From: Felis catus
Taxonomy: Eukaryota
NCBI RefSeq assembly: GCF_018350175.1
Contig: NC_058383.1
Location: 7,378,001 to 7,442,000, forward strand
Reading direction: 5' to 3'
DNA: 64,000 bases
Part shown: one piece after another, positions 48,523 to 64,000 of the stretch
Numbering within the stretch: the first letter of the stretch is position 1
Layout of the letters: each line of letters starts with the position of its first letter
The notes under the pieces: generated by a model
The model's database searches: none
What the model saw: the letters and a program-made list of their open reading frames with translations, nothing else
What the model was told of the DNA's origin: nothing
Translations under genes and position numbers: made by a program

Positions 48523-51500
48523 GAGAGACAGGGAAGAGAGAGACACAGATAGATGGAAGTTGGGAGGTGAGAGAAAGTTAGTGACAGGAAGGCAAGGAGA
48601 GAGATCAGACAGACTTGGGAATGAGAGACAATGAGACAGACACAGAACAGAGAGATGGAGAGAAGATAAACAGAAAAGACAAAATAGACACGCACAGAAG
48701 CAGCTGGCAGACAGAAAGACTGGTGTTGGAAGAGAGAAGATGAAAGACAGAGACAAACAGTAGTAGAGAAAAAAATGAACGTCTGTCCGTGCGTTGCTTC
48801 TCTGGCAAACTCTACCTTGGGAGTCTGCTCAGTGGCTTCCCACCTGGCTTCCCGGCCCTCCCCAATGATCCACAGCCTTTTGCTTACTCTAAGAGGTTTC
48901 CCGCTATTCTGTAGGAATGCTCTGGTGTCTCCCCACTGGACCGTGAACTTAAGGATGGAGAGCCTGTCATCAGTCTTCTAACCCCTCACCTTTGAGGTAA
49001 GCGTTCAGTACACGCGTGTTCAAAGGAGTGAGAGAATGAGTAACTGAGTAGAGACGGGGGGGGGGGGGGGGGGGGGGAGGGGGGGGAGGGATTCAGAAAG
49101 CAGTGGGCGGGCCCAGACCCGAGCGCTGAAAGTGGGGCTTCGAGAGGCTCTCGGGGAACCCGGGGCTCTCACCCCAGTCCTCCAGTTCCATGTCACGTCC
49201 CAGGGCGGCCGCCCTCATCCTGGTCGTGGCTAACCGGAGCTGCAGCCGCCGCCTGCGTGTCTGGACGTCAGATCTCAAGGATTCACGGTCCAGCTCTGGG
49301 TTTTCGAGTTGCTCCAGGGAACTTGCGACCACAGGCGACAAATACCTGCCGGCAGAGCAGCCCCGAAGGCTCCCAGGCTCCCGCCAAGCCCGCCCCGCCC
49401 CGGAGTCGCGTCCCACCCGCCAGCTGCCGCCCGGTCTCACCGGCCCCGCCCAGCTCCTGTCCAGCAGGGCGCCGCCTCCTGCGAGATGTCCGCCGCCATG
49501 CGGGGGTTCGCGCACACCGTCAGGGCCAGCCCGGCCCAGAAGCCCCTCACCCGGCCCAGCCGATCGCGGAGTTCCCACACCTGGGCCAGCAGAGAGAGAG
49601 GCTGGGCTGGAGAGCACGCCCCCCACTACCCACCCAGCCTGGCTGCCCCGTCCCTCCCCCGCGCCCCACTCACCAGGCGGTTCAGGCTGGTGCCTGCGGC
49701 CGTCGTGGGCCTCTCCTCCTCCGTCCCCGCCGCCCCCGCCGCCGCCGGGGTCCAGAGGCGGCTCACCTCCTCCCGGGGAGCTGGGGCTCGGCGGGCGCGG
49801 GACGGTGCCCTTTGGGGATTCCCGCATTCCCGAAACACCTACCGCCCAGGGAAGAGACCCCCTCCCAGTCATCCTGCGGTGAAAGCCACACAGTGTCCCC
49901 ACTCCCAACACCCCCAGTATCCCTGATACCCCACACTGTCCCCCCACTCCAGGCCCTCACCTCCTGTACTCTAGCTGACACACCCACACTGTCTTCCCCC
50001 TGTCCTCAGTTTGACACTCCCACCTTTCTCACAGCCCCTGTACCTGGGCTGACACCACTGCACTGTTTTCCTGCAGATACACCAAACCCTCTGAGATCTT
50101 CACCCCAACGGACTGGGCTGCCAGTTCAAAAGAAAAAGGGCCCTGGAGCTTCTCGGCCAGGAACAGGAGACCATCTTGAAGGAGGGGAAGACAGAGAAAG
50201 GGTGCTATGAGGGACTAGATGTCCCCACAAATCCTCCCGACCTGGGTCTTGGAGGGAAGCAGCAAGGTGTTGGAGAGGGCAAACTTACATGAAAGTTTCC
50301 TCACTCAATAGGGTTTAAAACTCCCTCCCCAGTCCACCCGGAAAGCATCCAGAACACAAACAGCCCTCCCAGACCCTCCTGAATCCCCTCACCCAGATAG
50401 GCCCCCCAGTCAGGATCCAGTCCCTGGCTGCTGAGACAGCCATGGGCCACGTTGAGGCAGAAGCCCCGGCAGGGTGGCAGCGAGGGGACACCCCGACAAA
50501 GAGGACAGCCGGTCAGACGCATCACAGCCTGCCTACAGCCTTCGGACAACGGCATCTGAGGGCAGACAGCAGGACTATGTCATTCACAAACACAGTAGCT
50601 GCACTTACACAAGTTTGGTGTTGGACAGAGCGAAATCAAATACATACTCCACCCCACCTTCCCTAGGCTCTCTGTGGAGAGCTGGATGTGAATGTCTAGG
50701 GTTGCTGACCCCAAGTGGCAGCAGGTAAGACCTCAAAACTGCCAAAGATCTGATGAGAGAGGTTCCTAGGGGCCCAGGCTGTAGATACCGCTTCTTGAAG
50801 GGTATGGAATTAGAGAGACAGTGGGAAGAGGGGTCTGAGAAAAGGTTCAAAGAGAAGAGTGAGCACATTGTGGCTGGGAAGAGAGGAGACTGGGGATGCA
50901 GGAGGTAAGGCTGGGAGGTCAGGGAGAGAATGGGTGGTGAAGAGAGGGCTTTAAAGGCCAAGGCAGGAATCTGGCCTTCAGTAGCAGGGGAATGGGGAGA
51001 CACTGGGCGGGGGGGGGGGGGAGGGGGGAAGTGGTAGAGGCACTACTTCAATCTCAGGCTGCTATGGAGATAAACAGACCACCAGAAGCTGGCAGGGGTG
51101 GGGTGGGGGGAGTCATCAGAGAGCAGAAGAGAGTCAGAGAATGGAAGGAGATCAGGGATCATGACACAAGGGAGACTTCACTCTGGCCTCCCCCCCTCCT
51201 GATTTACCCTGGATCCCAGGGCCTTGGGGCTGATATGGGAAGGCCCCATACCTCTCCAGTCAAGCTGTCACTTGACTCTTTCTCATAGGGCTTCTCTTAC
51301 TTCTGCCTCTCCCTCTCTAGGCCCTGCCCACACTCAGGTCCCTTCTAACCTTAAGTGTTTCGCTGACCACATCTCTTCCGGTTTCCAGGCCCTGGATAAA
51401 GGCCCGGGCAGCCACCAGGGCCCGGGTTATCTGGGGTAGGGGAAAGAAGGTGAGAGAAACCACAGGGTCAGTCATGATTCAGGCAAGACAGGGACCAAGA

Positions 51501-53878
51501 GACTGAACCAAGGGCACAAGCACTGGGGGGCCAGGTTTGTGGAGTTACGTTGGGGTAGTTAGGAGTGTCAGGTGGTACAGGGAAGCAGGTTCAAAGGAAT
51601 TGCAGTCTAGAAGGATAAAGGGGAACAGGTCTTAGGAAAAGACAGAGAGATCGTGTTTTACAGGGCTTGGAAATAGAGAAACGATGTATCAGAGCAAACA
51701 ATAAACTGAAAGCCAGAAGATCTGGGTATGAGACACAGCTCTACCACTGGCTCTGAGACCTTAACTTCTGGGAGGCTCAGTTTTCTTACCCATAAAATAG
51801 GGATAATACTTTCTACCTCCAAGGGTTATGACAATTAAATGAGATACTACAGATGAAAGTCTGTCTCAACTATTAAGTGCCTAATTCATGTTTAGTTGAA
51901 CCAGAGAAAGTCAAGATATTAGGACTGGGGAGCAGTTGGCAGAAAGGTGGCTAGGGGCCAAGAGCAGGTGAAAGGGTCAGGGATTTGTGTGAAATTAGGG
52001 CACCGGAGGAGAGTGAGGGAGTACCCAGTCAAAGGAGACCAGAGAGCATTGGGTCAGGCAGAGGGGACTGGGGCTCAAGCTAGGGGTCACCAGGTCAGAG
52101 ACGTCTGCCATGCAGGATGAGGAGATCACCAGGTCAGGGGTGACCAGAGCATGAGGGGGGTGGTCACTGGGCCAGAGGTGAGTGGTGCACAGCTCGGAGG
52201 TCACCAGGTCAGAGGTGGCTGAAGCTCAAGCCTCGGGGCCTCTCACCTGCAGGCGGAGGCGGCGGGGTGCCTCCCCAAAAGGCTTCAGAGAGTCATCAGG
52301 AGAGGAGGCGAGGCGAGTGAGGCAAAACAGGTAGTCGGGGGAGAAGATGTAGTGTGGATGCAGCAGGGGGAACATTTTCTCCAGGAGCTGTGCCCAGAAA
52401 TCCACCAAAGCGTCCTCTAACCCCTCACCGGACCTCTCATAGTAGTCCCGCAGCCGAGAGAACAAGCCAGTGAATACAGGGGCGTGCTGGGAATACAGGT
52501 GGCCGTAGGAGCGGTGGAAGAGCAGGGCCAGAGAGTGCTCAGATGACGAGAGCATCTCCCGAAAAACCTCTGTGGCAAATGCAGAGAAAGGGGTGTGAGT
52601 TGGGGTGAGGCCAGAGAAGGATGGAAAATTGGAAGGGCAGAGGCAGGAAGAGATGGGGATTGGAAGAAAAAAGAGGAGTGTGTTAGAGCCTCAGGAACTC
52701 TCAAGAGACCTGGGCAGGCTGGGAAAGGGGTGGGGGACAGATCCTGGAGAGGAGGCTGAAGAGAGGCTAAGCCAGGGTTCGGATGCCTTAGGGATGAATT
52801 AGGGAGTGAAGACATGATGTTTGCTGGGGTCATGAGCACAGAGAGGAGGGGTGAGGCCAGGTGTGGGGACCACCAATTCCTCACCATCAAATTTTCTGTG
52901 CCGGGCAGCCAGTGTGTGAACCAGGAATGAGCCGCTCTCCTCCACCAGGCCTCTGAAGGTGGCCTCAGTCTCCCAAGTCAGCCTCTGCTCTATCTCACTG
53001 GAACAGCAGGTGTACTCCTGGGGACAGATCCGAAGGTGCTCACCTGGACAGAGGAGACATAGAAGAATGGGGTGGGGGGGGAGTGCTAGCAAGAAATTCC
53101 TTCCTTCTTCCTCTGTCTGGGAGATTTTCCTTTCTCTTCTACTTGTCTGGTCTCTTTTCTATTGTCTATCCCTCAATCCCACCTATCCCCTCCTTATTGT
53201 CCCATCACCCATCCCAAGTCGACTGCCATTAGTCATGGGATCAAATAGTGATGGGCGAAATGAATGATCAGAGTGTCCTCAGGTGACCCTCCCCAACACT
53301 GCACACTTCAGGCCTCTAAGGACCTACAGGGACAGCATCGATGGAAGAATGGGATTTGGAGGGGTGGGGTTACTAGGTAAGCAAGAAAGTATTATCATAG
53401 AAGGGGCTCTTAGAAACACCGAAGGGAACAAATTGAGATGTGAAGAAACAAACACGGGGGGGGGGGGGGTGCCAATTATTAGAAAGGTATTCCTAGTGTG
53501 AGGGTGGAGTAAGAAAGCTATTATGTGAACAAGAGGATAACTGTGATCCTAGTAAGTAAGTTCAGGAGAAGAGACATTATTGGCATGACAATGGCATGAA
53601 AAGATTATTATGACGGTCATTCTGAAAAGGAAGAGTTATTGTGAAGCGGGGGGGAGCCGCCCCCCGCCCCCTCCCTCGCCCCCAATTCTTTAGTCTTCCT
53701 CATTCTCCTCACCTGAGATCACTGCGGGAGGGAGTAGGCTTAAGCTATATCCCCGAGCCCCCAGCACCTGCCGGGTCTCAGTGCAACTCCGGGTGACCTT
53801 TGCCTCACTCCCGGGTCCAGGACCAGGACCGGGACACAGAGACAGCAGCAAAAGCAGAAGAGATGGCAGAGCGAACAT
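47874..53878 (-). CDS. GPC2: Glypican-2, complete, 586 aa, 10 exons
   Basis: Exons (minus): 53878-53713, 53043-52885, 52569-52247, 51430-51350, 50555-50393, 50174-50044, 49838-49674, 49580-49441, 49345-49173, 48133-47874; they sum to 1761 nt in frame. Signal peptide [23 protein letters not shown], glypican cysteines ([29 protein letters not shown]), furin-type RARR, HS site DASGSG, hydrophobic GPI signal ...[13 protein letters not shown]. Confidence 0.97.
48190..48226. repeat. (AG)n microsatellite in GPC2 intron 9
   Basis: Direct inspection. Confidence 0.95.
48273..48485 (+). mobile_element. Can-SINE in GPC2 intron 9 (antisense to the gene), followed by (CA)n
   Basis: SINEC body; (CA)n ~48486-48516. 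Confidence 0.87.
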
Positions 53879-53879
53879 A

Positions 53880-54700
53880 GCTGCTGCAGCCCTGGTTCTG
53901 CAAAGTGTGTCCTAAGAAGGAAAGAAGAACAGCCCGAACTCGGGAATCCGGTTCTCTGCCGCGCGACCGCTCCCCCGGCCAGAAAAAGAGCGCGACCTCA
54001 GAAAACTGAACACCGCGCACGATAGCAGGACCAAGCGGCATCTGCGGAGACAATGGGAGCTGGGAGCCGGACAGGGGGCGGGGTCCGAGGCGGGGTCCCG
54101 CCAATGATGGTAAGGAGCGGGCCTCAGGGGCGGGGTCGAGGGAGAAGTTAAGCCAATGTAGTGGGGAAACTCGTCGGGGTGGGGGCGGGACTCGGCGGAA
54201 CTAAAGAGGCTGGTGGGGGGAGGGGCGTGGCCTTTCTTGGGGGCGTGGCCATCCCATTCGAAAGGCGGGGCCTGGGTGGAACCCAGCCTATGGCAGTTGA
54301 GAAGCCAGAGTGAAGGGGCTACAACAAGTCTAGTGCGAAGCCCGACCAATGGAGGGGGAAATTGGGGGCAGCGGGGGCGGGACCGAGGTGGAGCAGGGCT
54401 AAAGCCAAGGATCAGCGCGCCTGAGTCCACGTGACGGGGCGGCACGCCAAAGAGCTCGAAGAGCTCGGGCTGCACGAGGCTGCTGGAGCAGCGTGACTGT
54501 AACGTGGTGAACACGAGCTCGCACACGCCCAAGCCTCGCGACAATTTCCAGTCCTGGGACGTGCCGTTGAGCTCGCGTCTGCGCACAACGTGTCTCGCGC
54601 CTTCCCGCGTTTTTCTGGATTCTCCCACCACCGGAAGAGAAGCAGCCGGCGCCTGTTCTGGTCGCGGGGTGAAGAACGCAGAACCCCGAGGGAGCCAAGG
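53880..54700. promoter_or_regulatory. Bidirectional GPC2/STAG3 CpG-island promoter
   Basis: Lies between the divergent genes. CCAAT at 54101, 54153 and 54346 (reverse at 54361), multiple GC boxes, E-box CACGTG 54428-54433, E2F-type TTCCCGCG 54602-54609. Confidence 0.85.
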
Positions 54701-55450
54701 CTGTGATCTTTCCTCATCCCTGATCAGCCAGACGTCGCTATTCCAGGCTCAGACAGTGAGGCTCCTCTTTGACCCAAGAATACGCCCTCTCCCCGCACTC
54801 CCGGCCCTGAGAGAGGAACCCACCCTCCCCCAAGCCTCAATGGCTTCCTCCACAGAAGCTAGGAACCCCAAGCCCCAGGCCCCAAGAGACTGACAGTCAC
54901 TCCTGTCAGCGATTAGGAAGCTCCTCAGCCCACTTGCCCCAGGGTCAGTCAGAGATACCATCTGCTGGAAAAGTGGAGAACGAGAGTTTTCCTTTACTCC
55001 CTCAGTGTTTCTGCTCCAGTTCTAATGGTGACTGCACCCGTAAATCGTTAAGTGCTTCCCATTCCATTCTATGTGGAATCAGGTTCTAGCCCGAAAATGA
55101 AAGACTGGGGTTTTTTGTTTTTTGTTTTTTTCCAATTTGTACCGCTTGAGCTGGTCTCCTTTGCACCAGGCAATCTACGTTTCCGACGCGTGCAGAGAGG
55201 GGTCTGCTTTAAGCGGCTCTGGTGTGCGCATCGTGGCGGCCTTGGAGAGGAGTCCAAACGCGCGGCCGTGATGTCTCTAATCCCCAGATGCCTTAGGTCA
55301 AGACGGTCATTTTTTTGTGCGCATCCACACCCCACCCCCGAGTTGCAGAGCACTTCCCTTGGAAAGGAAGGGGATGGTCAGAGCTGAGGCTGGAGACGTG
55401 GTGGGCTAGAGGCCCTTTCCTCTCCTCCTTACTTCCGCAGCTCGACCATC

Positions 55451-63622
<8,172 letters not shown>

Positions 63623-63928
63623 NNNNNNNNNNNNNNNNNNNNNNNNNNNNNNNNNNNNNNNNNNNNNNNNNNNNNNNNNNNNNNNNNNNNNNNNNNNNNN
63701 NNNNNNNNNNNNNNNNNNNNNNNNNNNNNNNNNNNNNNNNNNNNNNNNNNNNNNNNNNNNGAAGCCCGTTTTACCCCTGCCCACACACTTCTCTCTTGTA
63801 AGGCACAGGCCCCTAAGCAACCTTTTGGGTCATGAACAGTGGAGTCTGACAGTAGTCTAATAGACCCATCCTGTCAGAGGTCACTGCATGCTTATCTTGT
63901 TTCTGGGATGTGATCTCAATGAATTAGT

Positions 63929-64000
63929 TCTTTTTTTTTTTTTTTAATTATTTTTTTTTCAACGTTTATTTATTTTTGGGACAGCAAGAGACAGAGCATG
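63929..64000 (-). mobile_element. Tail of a young SINEC (truncated by the window end)
   Basis: ttttttc aacgtttatttatttttgggacag..., as in the young copies. Confidence 0.8.

Noticed and set aside
49093-50210. Long 200-317 aa ORFs on both strands over GPC2 exons 7-9
   Set aside because: Low-complexity Pro/Arg/Gly products typical of CpG islands, explained by GPC2 exons and high GC.
52131-52145. AGGTCA-gggg-TGACC as an estrogen response element
   Set aside because: The spacer is 4, not the 3 required for a canonical ERE.
53880-53910. Possible REST/NRSE element in the GPC2 5' UTR
   Set aside because: Only the left half weakly matches; the right half does not.

Overview
Mammalian genomic DNA, almost certainly a felid: it contains many near-consensus Felis-type tRNA-derived Can-SINEs. 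It is syntenic with human 7q22.1. Bases 1-32,400 are intergenic and dense in repeats (Can-SINEs, L1, L2, MIR, MLT/ERV LTRs, MER5/MER45-type DNA transposons). Bases 32,400-64,000 form a compact gene block: LAMTOR4 (+, 4 coding exons, 99 aa, complete); TRAPPC14/C7orf43 (-, 11 exons, start codon hidden in an N gap); GAL3ST4 (-, 3 coding exons, 487 aa); GPC2 (-, 10 exons, 586 aa); and the 5' part of STAG3 (+, 7 coding exons visible, two cut by gaps), head-to-head with GPC2. Exons were resolved by hand from splice sites and reading phase; gene identities and human/mouse comparisons rest on my recollection of those proteins, not a database search. There are nine N gaps of 127-175 nt. No prokaryote-type features (CRISPR, operons) are present. 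Main leads: a cluster of DR2 nuclear-receptor elements in GPC2 intron 3 near the GPC2/STAG3 promoter; an E-box plus E2F site in that shared promoter; two lineage-variant GPC2 coding insertions; an antisense exon-like unit between GAL3ST4 and GPC2; and weak exon-like remnants in the interval where mouse has Nxpe5. I found no clearly novel system; all leads are hypotheses.
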